Shown here one piece after another: positions 12,001 through 24,600 of a DNA stretch of 64,000 bases (the stretch's first letter is position 1; each line of letters starts with the position of its first letter). Made by a program: the position numbers and the translations under genes. Source of the stretch: Owenia fusiformis (Eukaryota); NCBI GenBank assembly GCA_903813345.2, contig CAIIXF020000001.1, forward strand, positions 868,001 to 932,000, in the 5' to 3' direction. The notes beneath the pieces are model-generated. The model made no database searches and had not been told where the DNA came from. It was given only the letters and a program-made list of their open reading frames with translations.

Positions 12001-12537
12001 AATTTATTTTGATACTGTACTCATTATATCTATTTTGAATAGGCTACTTTTTTATTCAGACATCTATGCCACATGAGCTGCTATTTTAGTAGTTTACCTC
12101 CAAGGCATCCCTAACAATTGACAAATCTGGATTGGATAAGAGCATCACAAGACCACCAAACAGGACATCATCCTGTAAAACACATAAAATCAACTATATC
12201 TAACTGCTTAAGTTTTCTGTTTCAGTAGTAATTAACAAGCAATCATGCATTAAATAGAGTCAAAACACCTAGAACAGTCATGTTATATTACATTTGGCTA
12301 CAGCTACACATTTAATTGGACATTTTATGTCCACAAAATGATTTGTTTCAACATTCAAATATCATGACTACTCCAATTTTAGTTTTTCATTGTTCATTGG
12401 CTTTTATAATTTTAATCTTCATTGTTAGATGATGAATAATTTGATACCCAAATACTTACATGGATGACAAGATGTCTGCCTTGTTCTGACTTTGCCATGT
12501 TCTTCACTAAGTCAAGGGCTTTGTTAGATCCCTCCAT
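9040..12537 (-). CDS. ARMC1: Armadillo repeat-containing protein 1 (about 275 aa)
   Basis: Exons 12537-12460, 12172-12098, 11877-11786, 11428-11330, 10943-10847, 10521-10405, 9958-9884, 9234-9040 splice in frame. Motifs KVITLHIKGL, CHEVLIRVKGVISVT, AIASTETMSAEQVVRDETGRE, PPYLEDDDSP and NFISNSLYW match recalled ARMC1. The donor of a non-coding exon 1 lies near 15037. Confidence 0.9.
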
Positions 12538-13132
12538 TATGCTGTATTCAGTGTTGGCTGGTGTGTCTAGTATAATGCTCTTGTCTATTTCTTGTATGTA
12601 GTCTGTAGTAATGTTGTGGCCCTGCAATAATACACATTATAATACACTGTCACTGACCATTAAATATACCACATCATGTTTAACTATCTTCTTGTAATGT
12701 TAATCTTGTCTCTCTTGCAGTATGCTTAAAATCCAATCAATATTTCTCTGTAATGAGTTAAATGAACCAAATAATCTGGTGCAGGATTCTTGGACGTATC
12801 CACTTTTCAACCAAGCACTTGGATGTACTATATGAGCCAGTGATGTTATGATGAGAGAATATAAAAGGATAATACAGTATACGTGAACTCCATTCAATTT
12901 AATAGCAGCAGGCTGATTTACTGCATCGCCCCTTCACAGAGACACCAGCTGCAAATGAGGACAACCCCATCAACCCCGTGGCCACTATGTCACCATACTA
13001 TGGATCCCAAATACAATAGAGCAGTACACTGAACAGTCCCTAAGGCTAAGTGCTCCCCCAAGGGATCAACTCCACAAAGGGTCATTCAGATACCTCATCT
13101 CCCTCACCAGCTCCTGCAACTCCTGTGACATA

Positions 13133-14494
13133 CTGCAGAGCCAATTGCCTGTTGTCTCAAGCCAACCTCCTACCACACAAGGCTGGAATGACACACACTG
13201 CAGAGCCAATTGCACTGTTGTCCCAAGCCAACCTTCTATCACACAAGGCTGGAATGACACACACTGCAGAGCCAATTGCACTGGTGTCCCAAGCCAACTT
13301 TCTATCACACAAGGCTGGAATGACACACACTGCAGAGCCAATTGCACTGATGGTCCAAGCCAACCTTCTATCACACAAGGCTGGAATGACACACACTGCA
13401 GAGCCAATTGCACTGGTGTCCCAAGCCAACCTTCTATCACACAAGGCTGGAATGACACACACTGCAGAGCCAATTGCACTGGTGTCCCAAGCCAACCTTC
13501 TACTACTTTTTTCAAGGCCTGACTGCGTCGCTAACATGCTAAATATAAGAGTTAGCTGATGTTTGGGAGTCTGACTTACCTTCTAAAGGTTAGAACCCGA
13601 ATCTTAATGAAACCATATCACCTTTGTTGCGTCGATGATGATGCATAAACATAGCATTTGATAGAAATTAGCGTAAATGCTTTTCCGACTTTTTCATTTT
13701 TCATCAATGTTGACTTCCGGGAAGGCGTTGTAGTTATCACGAAATAACGCATTGACCCTTGAACTTTACTTTGTTGACGTGTCAACCAAGCATGTCTGGT
13801 GTGAAAATTAAAAGAATATTAAGCAATGTTCTACATCTGCCAAGCTAAGTGAAGTAGTCAATATTTAAAATTACCAATTTCAAGTGAAGTACGCAACGAA
13901 GGAAACTGCGTGATCTACACTCCCACTATTGGTTTGAATGAAATGCTACGTAGAAATATGAGCCGTCTGCTGTATTAGTCGATTAATAGAGTAAGACCTG
14001 TTGGTGACGCTTTATAATTTAGACCAAAACATTGAAGAACAAACGAACCTGTAAATCTTGAAAACAACAAACAAATATTCGGTTTTCACATATGTTCGGT
14101 AATTTTTCGTATTGAAACTTCCGGAACTTACAAGGAAATCATTCATTTTCTCGATCCATGATTTACCTCTTGGATGTTGTGGCAAATGCTCCATGGTTGA
14201 CGGAACAAAGGTGATATGGTTTCATTAAGATTCGGGTTCTAACCTTTAGAAGGTAAGTCAGACTCCCAAACGTCAGCTAACTCTTATATTTAGCATGTTA
14301 GCGACGCAGTCAGGCCTTGAAAAAAGTAGTATCTATCACACAAGGCTGGAATGACACACACTGCAGAGCCAATTGCACTGGTGTCCCAAGTCAACCTTCT
14401 ATCTATCACACAAGGCTGGAATGACACACACTGCAGAGCCAATTACAGTTGCACTGGTGTCCCAAGCCAACCTTCTATCCATCACACAAGGCTG
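13133..14494. repeat. 63-bp minisatellite split by a MITE
   Basis: Unit ACTGCAGAGCCAATTGCACTGGTGTCCCAAGCCAACCTTCTATCACACAAGGCTGGAATGACACAC; about 6 copies before 13502 and about 2.5 after 14331. Confidence 0.92.
13503..14329. mobile_element. MITE with TIRs of about 125 bp and a TA target duplication (Tc1/mariner-type target)
   Basis: TA|CTACTTTTTTCAAGGCCTGACTGCG...CGCAGTCAGGCCTTGAAAAAAGTAG|TA; arms nearly identical. Confidence 0.9.
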
Positions 14495-15036
14495 GTTTGT
14501 TAGGCTACACGATCTTTACTTTTATTGGCTGTTTGTTACGATGTGACATAATTTGAGAGACGAACAACATCGGACATTGCCGAAAATTACCGAAACACTC
14601 CATTATCTTTACACTCTGTAAATGTCCCAGGAAAATTTGATTTACAGCGTCAATAATTGATATCATGCAACCATTCAAACTAATACATAAAGAAGAGATT
14701 ACAGGGTAAATATTGATCAATCAATGTCTGACACAGACAGATGGAAAAAATGAAGGTCAGTACGAGGGTCATATTTTTGATGTAGCATTTTTGGCTTGTG
14801 TCTTATCTTCCCATTTATCCTTTGAGCCTACTACCAATAGGGGCTGGATCTGGCTCCGGATATGTGAATTCTCAAAATATTCAGTCTATTGGATATAGGC
14901 CTAGACGTAGATAGGCTATTCAAATTTCAAACAACCTGACCATAAAAAATGCATAAAAAATGCAAAATCAATGAAAGAAAAAATGTTCAAACTGACCAAT
15001 GAAATTTGATTATTGGATAGACAGTATTTAACTTAC

Positions 15037-15257
15037 CTTAGTTCTTCTGTTCAATAGTTTGAACGTCAGTCAGTTATAGATATTTAGCTAAATTTGTAAT
15101 GAAAAATACGACGAACTTTAATTTTTTGAAAATCCCACTTCCGGTTGAGTATTTTAATTTCATTGGCTAAAACTTTTTGTTGCGAGATCTGATTGGCTTC
15201 GAGAAGCTGAGCGCCACCTTCAGTGATTATTCTAAACCAAAACTAGATTTAAAAATG
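15037..15257. promoter_or_regulatory. bidirectional promoter and first exons of ARMC1 and MTFR
   Basis: Outward-facing GTAAG donors about 220 bp apart; ETS/GABP-like ACTTCCGG near 15137; CCAAT boxes (ATTGG) near 15162 and 15192. Confidence 0.65.
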
Positions 15258-15612
15258 GTAAGTTAGAGGAAATTTCTTATATTTCATCGTGAAATTTGAC
15301 TGATATAATTCACATACACAATATCCCTGATAAAGTATATATCTCTAACTGCATTTTTGATTCTTCGTGTTAGATTTTACATCACCTTTTTGACATTTTG
15401 CACTGAATTTCTATTTCAATCTTCAATTCACTTTCGACTCATCTTGCATTTAAAAATTTCAGATAGGCCTACTCTAGGGTCTATGCAATGTCTAGGCTAA
15501 TAATTATAGTTTCAGATAATTGGACTGAAATAGCTGAAGTACCTAGTGTAGTGTAGATAGGCCTGTGATCAACCAGTTTTTGACATTAAACAGTTTGAGG
15601 AGTTCCAGTTTG

Positions 15613-18600
15613 ATGGATCTAATAGACCTCATACGAATGATTCTTGACATGGTTGGATTAGATCTGTTTGAAATGGTAAGTATTTCAAGAATTTTAACTC
15701 TACATAACATTTACAATACGCCTGTCTAAAGACCAGATGTCTGTTAGTTTGGTAGAGTAACATTAGATACATGTATAACTGGATGTGTTTAGTTACCTTC
15801 TTCTAAGGCCACTATTGGCTAGAGACTAGAGCCGACTAGAGTAAGTGTTTAGAATTCAGAAAAATCTTCGCTGATGACACAACGATCTACCCATGCCATA
15901 CCTGACACCATCAAACTATACAAGAAGACATACATGTACATAATGTAAATTGTAATAAATCGCCGGGCCCTCTCTCTGAACAAATACGTGGTAGCGTGGC
16001 TAGGGTCGGGAATATTATGAAACTAAACTCTATACTTGGTCTTTAATTGAGTCAATCAAATTATTTGCTTGGTCATTAACGGAAATTTGGAATAATATAA
16101 TACGGGAAGGTATTGCCATCTTTAAATGACAAACTGGACCAAAATAGTGCTTACTGTGGAAGGGGGTGATTGCAATAAAAAATGATTGAAATTGAAACTT
16201 AAACACAACTTGCCCCTACGTATTCTCAACAGATTGCAAATGTGAGCTTGATATGACCCCTTAAATATATGGATTTTAAATGAAGATGAAACAATCTGTT
16301 GAAAATAAACTTAGACCAAATTGACCACCTTTACGCAAAACAACAGACAAAGAAATTAGATTATAAAGTTTAATGATGATATAAATCTAATATGTAAGAT
16401 ATAATGTGAAAGATGATATATTTATAAATGAATATTTACATAATCAATGAGTGTCACGAAGTTACGAATAAGAAACTGTTTCTCACAACAGGACCGATCT
16501 TATTTAACTTACTCTTGATTTAAAGCAAAACTCACTTATCCATTCTTCCCTAATCCATCTCTACCTGGCACACAATGAACCAATCTATCTCATAACAGCA
16601 CCAAACATATCTACAGTGACCACTGACAACTTAACCTAATGGAACGCTTAGCAATAATAGTCATCTTTGATCAAACTGAACAAGGTAGAAAAAAGCAACT
16701 AAACTAAAGTTCAGAACACCAACAGAACATGAACAAGAAGAATACTTAATAGCGAAACCCTGCTTGAGATGCTGCCATGAGTGGGTGTGGTCTGTGTCCC
16801 TGCACGTTCACACGGTCTGGAATACACGAATCTTGCGTCTCCTTAAACAGCTTTACGAATTTGTTACGAAAGTCTTGCGTTAATTAAAATAGTTCACAGG
16901 AATTCGGCTATACTCTGACATATATTCATCCCACACAAAATGATAAATCTGCAACCAAAGTCTATTTTATATCAGTTCTTCACAAGCATATCCAGATCGG
17001 CCCCCATCTTAGCAGTCCATTGATGTTTCTCTTTACTAGCAGGCAATTCCTATCATCTCAAACTTAATCCAAAACTATCACAATGCATTATTTCTAGTTT
17101 CAAAGATCTTGTTCCCTTGTCAGTTCCAAACTTCAGACTTTCAGACTAACTTAACACCTACTGTTAAACAATATGAAGCCTTTACCAGGATGCTATTGGT
17201 CGGCTCTCTGGCTAGCTAAATAACCTTGAAATTTGATTGGCTAAAGATTTAAAAACACATGTAGACTGATGCTCTATAGTACTGCCTAGCCTTAACATGT
17301 TAACTCAAATATCTCCCAATGAAATGTAATGCAACAAAAATTAAAGTAAAATATAAAAGACATGATGAAATAAAATAGTAATGAGCCAGGATCATTACAA
17401 AATGAACTCATCATCTGGTCAAATAAATGGCTTCTTCGGCTTAAATTCAATTCCATCAAATGTAAAGTCCTTCATCTGGGGAACAACAATTAGCATAAAT
17501 ACACACTTACTGTAACTATGAACCATTGGAGTAAATTACCAAAGAAAGAATGAGACCTTGGCGTGACCATTTTGAAAAGTTGAAAGCCCATGACGTGACC
17601 ATAGATCAGGAAATATCCAACTGTGTTAACAAAGCCAATAAGATCTTGGGTGCAATCAAAAGAACATTCTCAAATAAAGATGCAGACATATTCCTTCCCC
17701 TATACGCAACCCTAGTCCGTCCCCACCTGGAATACTGCAGGGTAGCCCAGAATCCCAGATATCAAATGGACTTTAATAAGATCGAGAAAATCAGAGTCAA
17801 GCCACCAAACTCATCACTGGCATGACTGACCTACCCTAGGCTATGCAGAGCGATTAAAACTCTATCTATTCGGATTGCCAATGACATACAGGAGGAAAAA
17901 GTGAGATTTCATCCAAGTGTATAAAAAATGAATTGCCAAAGACACTATAGAATCATCCCACTTTTTTACCCCAAGTCAAACCAATACAAGAGGCCAGATG
18001 TGATCTTGCCCTCACACAAGGGTTGTTCAGTCAGCGCATAGTACAAAACTGGAACAACCTTCCAGAAAATGTAGTCTCGTCAAGTTTTTTTTTTTAGTTT
18101 TTTTATACATTATCAATTTATTTCATCATAATCATGTTTTACAAGAATGGCAATTGCCAATCACTTATAAAGCATTATAGGCTAAGCTAGAAAATACATA
18201 ATTTAATTACAAATGTAAATGCATGTAATATGGAAGAATAGCAGCAATTTGGATAAGAAATGGGAAATAGGACAGGCTGGGGTCATGTGTCATAGTCTCA
18301 GTGAGGGAATAGTAGGCATAGTTAATACTTGCTTGGAGGGTCCCATAGAGAATTATGATTATGTTAAGAGTTCTCCAGTAAAAAATTGGCAACAAGAGCA
18401 AAAAGTTCATTATTTTGTGCCAGCGATAAATCGTCACTGCCATGTTTCAGAAAATCTATAAATTGGCTTTTGTTCCTTATAGCTAAAGGCTTGTAAGTCT
18501 CTACAAGTGCAAGAAAAGTGTTCCTATTTTGTGCTTTATTTGGACAATAAAAGAATAAATGTTTTGGAGTTTCAGGCACACCACAAGCGCAGTTTGGTGT

Positions 18601-21600
18601 TTCAATATAAGTAAAATTATGGCCATATAGCTGAGCTTTAGTGAGCAAGTCAACTCTGAATCTATTGAGAATTATTTCTTGATTTCTTTTTAACTTTAAT
18701 TTAGTAGTTGGTAAAAAGGAGGGCTTAGGGATTTTATTTTTTTGTAAGTTATTGAAGCTGGTAATTGTTTTGCTTTCTCGAATATACTTTGGTAGCTTAT
18801 TCCAGTGGGAGATAGCATTGAGGACAGAAGAGTTTCTAAATTTGGTTGAGCTTTTGGCAGGTATTTTGAAATCAGGATTTGATCGGAGTTCTCGGGGATT
18901 TTGAATCCTCAGAGGTTCAAAGATGTCTTTCACATAGCTTGGAGTGAGATTATTTTTAACTCTAAACATGAATTTATTTATTTGCATTGAGTGTATTCTT
19001 TACCTTAATTGAACTACTACCATGTAAACATCCACTGCATATAAGAGCAGCTTGATAGAATAATTTATTTAATATGTTAAGGAAACTTTGAGTAGAGGAA
19101 TCGTAGAGTATTGCGCCATATTCAAAGTGTGGTCGAATGAAAGACATGAAAATTGTTTCGAGGACATTGGAATTTAGTTTCTTTTGCAGTGATCTGAGAG
19201 GATTCAGGAGCTTGTTTACTTTGTTTCTTATGGCAATTATATGTTGTTTGTTAGACATGTGCTCATCAAAGGTATAGCCTAAATGTTTATGCGATGTTTC
19301 CCTTTTTATTAAAGCATTATTCATAAAGGAATTGTTCACTTGGCCAAGTTTAATTCTGGAATTATGAAAAATTATTTCGACACTTTTTTCAGGTTTAAAG
19401 TTGAGTTTCCATTTAATAGACCATGATTCAATTCTTTCTATTGCTTGGGTTACTTTGTTATCAATTTCTGAAGGATTTTTAGTACTAAACGGGAAGTATA
19501 TAGACGTATCATCTGCATATATAAAGCAATCGGTATTCATATTATCGGGTAGGTCGTTTATATATAGTAAGAAGACAAGGGGCCCTAGTATTGATCCTTG
19601 TGGCACTCCACTTTTGATAGCATGTGTTTGTGATAAAGATGAGGATCCTGAAATGTTCACTCTGACTCTTCTTTCATAAAGATAAGATTTAAGGAGATTT
19701 AGAACTTGTCCCTGCAGACCATATGATTTTGATTTAAGTAGTAGAAGATTGTGAGGTACGCAGTCAAAGGCTAAGGCAATATCAAGAAGTATTACATACC
19801 CAGCGAAGCATTTGTATTGAAGTCAATGGAGCTGAAGGTCGGCTATATATTCCTGTATAGCTGCCAAACCTTTTACCATGACAATCTTATGACGTCATCG
19901 GGACGTCATGTTTCATTTCTTCCTAATTTCACTCGCACACAGACACGTGGCGTCATTGATATAACGTAGCCATGATATAAAAGTATGTAATACAACAGTT
20001 ATGTCCGTATCATTGAATATATGCCTTCGGTCTGTCGTAATATAACCCTTGCAAGCTCGGGCTATATTGGTGACAGACCTTAGGCATATATTCAATGATA
20101 GGGACATAACTGCTAAAAAGAGCTTTAACTCCCTTACCTTGATCAAGATTTGATTGGATAAGATGTTCAATGGCAACAAGTTGGGATTGGGTAATGTGAC
20201 CCGGCAAGTTCAACGCCTAATACTACCCAGATAGGCTAGGACGACCAGTTCACACTTTACACTAGGTTTCTATTTAAATTTTTTGTTCAATGTTTGAGTT
20301 TGCAGATATTCAAGTTGAGAACATTTTGACAAATGGTAGAAATGGATAGGTAGAAACAAGTACAAAACTGCAAGTATATTGATAGATTGACATTTATTGA
20401 ACATGCAACTCTAAAACAATCAGAATGGATTGTAGGCAGTGTATGCTGTAGTTTTGTAGTAAATCTAACATTGTGTTGTAAGTTGACAGTCTACAATTGT
20501 TCTCTTTTCACCTATAATTTCAGCCTCAACCTGTATGGACTGTTGGTAGACAAAGAGATGGAATGTCTCCTCGTTATCATAATATTGTTCGTAGAATTGG
20601 AAGTGCTCTACCTATAGAGGGAGCAAAAAGGATACATATACAGGTAATACTTTCAAAACAGTCTTCATTATCTCCTATATCAAAAAGTTTTATTCAACCC
20701 AACATTTTTTTGACTTTTTTTGATTCCCGGTTCTGGCAAGACTTACTTTGCTTGTTTGTGTAAAAGTACTTCGGGTTGTTTGATTGAGTGATCCACAACT
20801 TGTAAAAAGGCTGTGGTGTGTACTTGTACATGTCTATGTATCATGTGTTTGAGTGCACATAAAAGAACACAGGACTCCTTTCAATTATGATGATGTGTTA
20901 ATTATGACTTTATATGTATACTGGATATACTCAAGAGGTATAGCACTCCTCCATTGTTGGTGAACAATAAAATACAATACAATATTAATACAATATGATA
21001 CAATACAATACAATTGAATGCAATACAATACATTATACAATACACTGGGTCAGAATTGAAGCATAGATTTTCTTGACCATATTAGGAAAGAGAATGTTAG
21101 ATTTTAATATTTTTGTTCACCACATATCCACATTCAAATAAAAAGCTGTCCAATGAACAATACTGACAGTTAGACTGATTCTTTTGCAGAAGAGTTTAGT
21201 TGGGTATAAACAAGAGCCAAAAGCCATAGCAGAGAGATGTCCAAACTTGGGTGACCTTAGTTGGGTGATGAAATACAATGGAGACAGCTGCATTGTCGTC
21301 AAGTAAGCCTTCTTTGATACATAAATGCAAAAACATAAAAAGAATAACTTACCACACCAAATTAGCAATAACAGCTAATAGAATTGATTCTCAATTGTTG
21401 TGATGTGTAATGAAATTGAATTAAAACTATAGATATCAAGCAAATCGTGACATGAAATATGTGTGAATTCAAGTCAACTTGTTAACTGAGTCCTATTTTC
21501 AAAGTGTATAGCAGGCATGTTCTGTTTATCTGTTTCACTTATAAAGCACTACATTAAGATTGTTAATCAAATTTTTATTGTAAATAGGGGGACTGAATTT

Positions 21601-24600
21601 GACAGAGATGATAGTTCATCATTTGGGGATGATACATTATTAAATGAGGAGCCCCTGAGATGCTCCACTCCCCTGAACCAGACCACTGACTCCACTGTTT
21701 ACCACACACCAGATGTTAAAGCCATGGAGAAGATCAGTCAGCTTGAAGATGAGCTTGCCAAGATGAGAGCCCAGATTGCTAGTATTGTAATGGCTCAAGA
21801 ACAGAGCACTGTTACTCCAAGTAAGTAGCTATCTCTATAGTGAGGCCTTTTGACAGGATGTAAACATATTTTTAATAAGTGACATGTAATAGCATAAATC
21901 ATGTGTTTTCACATTTCCAATAATGTAGCATGTAAATTTCACATTTTCAACAGGGTAGCATGTGATTTTCACATTTTCATCAAGGTAGCATGCAATTTTC
22001 ACATTTTCAACATGCTTGGTTGAAGACTTCTGCCTCAAATGTTGAGTGCTCAGAATCCCCTGATATTTACTAAATTGCAGAAATATTTTATTTTTGTATC
22101 AACTCTTTGGTAAAATTCTTGTCATTGATTTATATCATACCACGGAATAAACAGGAATTCTATTTCACTGATATTTACTTCTAGGTGTCGCTGACAATTC
22201 ACATATAGGAGCTGCTGGGCCGACTGTTCCACCACCACCACCAGCGCCACCTATGGGTGGTCCCCCACCACCCCCTCCTCCTCCTCCCCCAATGCTGGCC
22301 CTACCCACAAAGTCCATCAATGATATCATCAGAGAGGTAAGCACAAATAATGTTTGTATTTAACGTAAGGCTGTACATTTCTTAGAGTCAGTTGTCAGGT
22401 TGTCTTTCTGTCAGTTTCAAATATGTTGATCAGATTGGAACTAGGAGATGTAGTTATTATATAATATTTTTGTTTTCATCATCAAATAAACAAATCAAAT
22501 TCATGTCTGCTATTTTAAACAAAATCTAGTTCATGGTTCTATTGAAAAAGTTCTGCAGTTAAGTTTTCCAGGTTCTGAAGTAATGGATGATTTGCGATCA
22601 CCGGATGGATTCTATCTTGTAGTTGACGTCACAATTAGGTCACTCTGCTATAGCTGTTTGATTTTGAGAGATTATCTTCTGTATTTCGTGCTTTATTGAT
22701 TTATACCTGAATTCTCATTGGTCAATTCTATATGATTTCAGAACAAAGCCAAGTCAGGTGGTGCAGCTGGCAGTTCAAACACAAAGCCCCAGGCATCATT
22801 GCCAAATATGAGTGATGTTCTTAAAGGATTAGGAAAAGTCAAATTAAACAGAGTCAAAAGGTTTGTTTGTATTCCCGCTATGTTACTTCTGCTCAGAAGT
22901 GGCACATCCTTATTTGGATTAAGATTGCTCAGTTTGTGTTAAAATACATGAGATCAAAGTGAACCTTATTTTATGAACCACCCTCATACATTAAAAATTC
23001 CTGATGTGACAGGAAGTAAAATTAGTTAAAGAACCCATCAACTTCTTAGTACTACTTCGTTCAATGAATTAGTTTAAGATTTATTCTGGTTGAATATTGG
23101 GATAAATGGTAAATGTCAACTCAACAAAATTACTGTTTACTGTTATGCATGGAATAGACTTTCTGGTTGAGCAGTTTGTGTTTTACTTAGAGGCTGAGTT
23201 ATAGTTTTGTGAAAAAATCAATGTGGTTGATATTGTAGGTCCCCAGGAGGAACACCACTGCGCCAGAAACCACTCATTTCTGACTCGAGCGATCCAGCCT
23301 CTATGATCGCCGCAGCTCTCAAGAAAAGGTTTGCCTCCCAAAGACGTCTAGCAACTCCACCATCCACTCCAGAGCAAGATAAAGAAAACAGTGCAAATGG
23401 GTTCTCCCCATTAGCGTCCCCAACACATATTGCAGTGAAAAGTGCCATGGTATGAACAAAAACCTCATTATTCAGTTATTATCCCATCGAACGAAGTTCG
23501 GAGGGATATAGGGAACGCCTCCGTCCGTCCGTACGTACGTCCGTCCGTCCGTCCGTCCGTCCGTACGTCCGTCCGTCCGTACATACGTCCTTCCGTCCGT
23601 CCGTCCGGGCAATAACTCAAATACTGTTGGCCCGATTTTGTTCATTTTTTGTTCACATATACCCTATGGGGGTAGAAGTTCTGCTCGAAAGCCGATTTTC
23701 AAAATGGCTGCTCATTTCAAAATGGCGGCCATTTTATTGCCGAATTTACAGTAATTTAGGTGCAATATGTAAAACTGTAATAGCAATATGTTTTAGATGT
23801 AAAAAATTGTATAGGACATTAATAAAGCTAAAAATGTAGATATTAAAGAAGCACATGGCAGCCATCTTGAAAAATGGCGGTCTTAACTCGTTATTTTACG
23901 ATTTTTGCTGTAACTCGAAAAGTAGTGGAGCGATTTTGTTCATATTTGGTATGTGAATACTATAAACATTGCACACTGTCTAAAGACACTTTTAGTAGAA
24001 GGCGGCCGTTTTGAAAAATGGCCTCCATTTTGAAAAATGGCTGCCATTTTAACGTATTTTACTATAACTCGAAAAGTAGTGGAGCGATTTTGTCCATATT
24101 TGGTATGTGAATACTATAAGCATGACACACTGTCCTATGACACTTTTGGAAGAAGGCAGTCATTTTTCAAAATGGCCGCCATTTTAACGTATTTTACTAT
24201 AACTCGAAAAGTAGTGGAGCGATTTTGTTTATATTTGGTATGTGAATACTATAAGCACGGCACACTGTCTAATGGCACTTTTGGTAGAAGGTGGCCATTT
24301 TGAAAAATGGCCGCCATTTTTGCTATATCCTTTGTTTGTAAAAATGCCATCCATGGCTGTTCGATGGGATTCGCTACGCTTTGGCGTTGCCGTTGTTCTG
24401 GTTAGTCTTTGTAATTGTAAGACAATTGCACTTTCATTATTATTATGCCACCACCAAGAAGTGGTGACACATTGTTATGGTCTCAGTTTTTTTGTGGCGC
24501 TAGTTGGTGATTGGTGGGTGGCGGGTGGAGGTTGGTGTCTGTAAAAAATTCTTAAAACTTCTTATAACTTAACAAATACTGTTTAGACTGACTGAATTTT

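Noticed and set aside
13050-13559. Repeat-protein ORFs in four frames
   Set aside because: By-products of a stop-poor 63-bp minisatellite in an ARMC1 intron.
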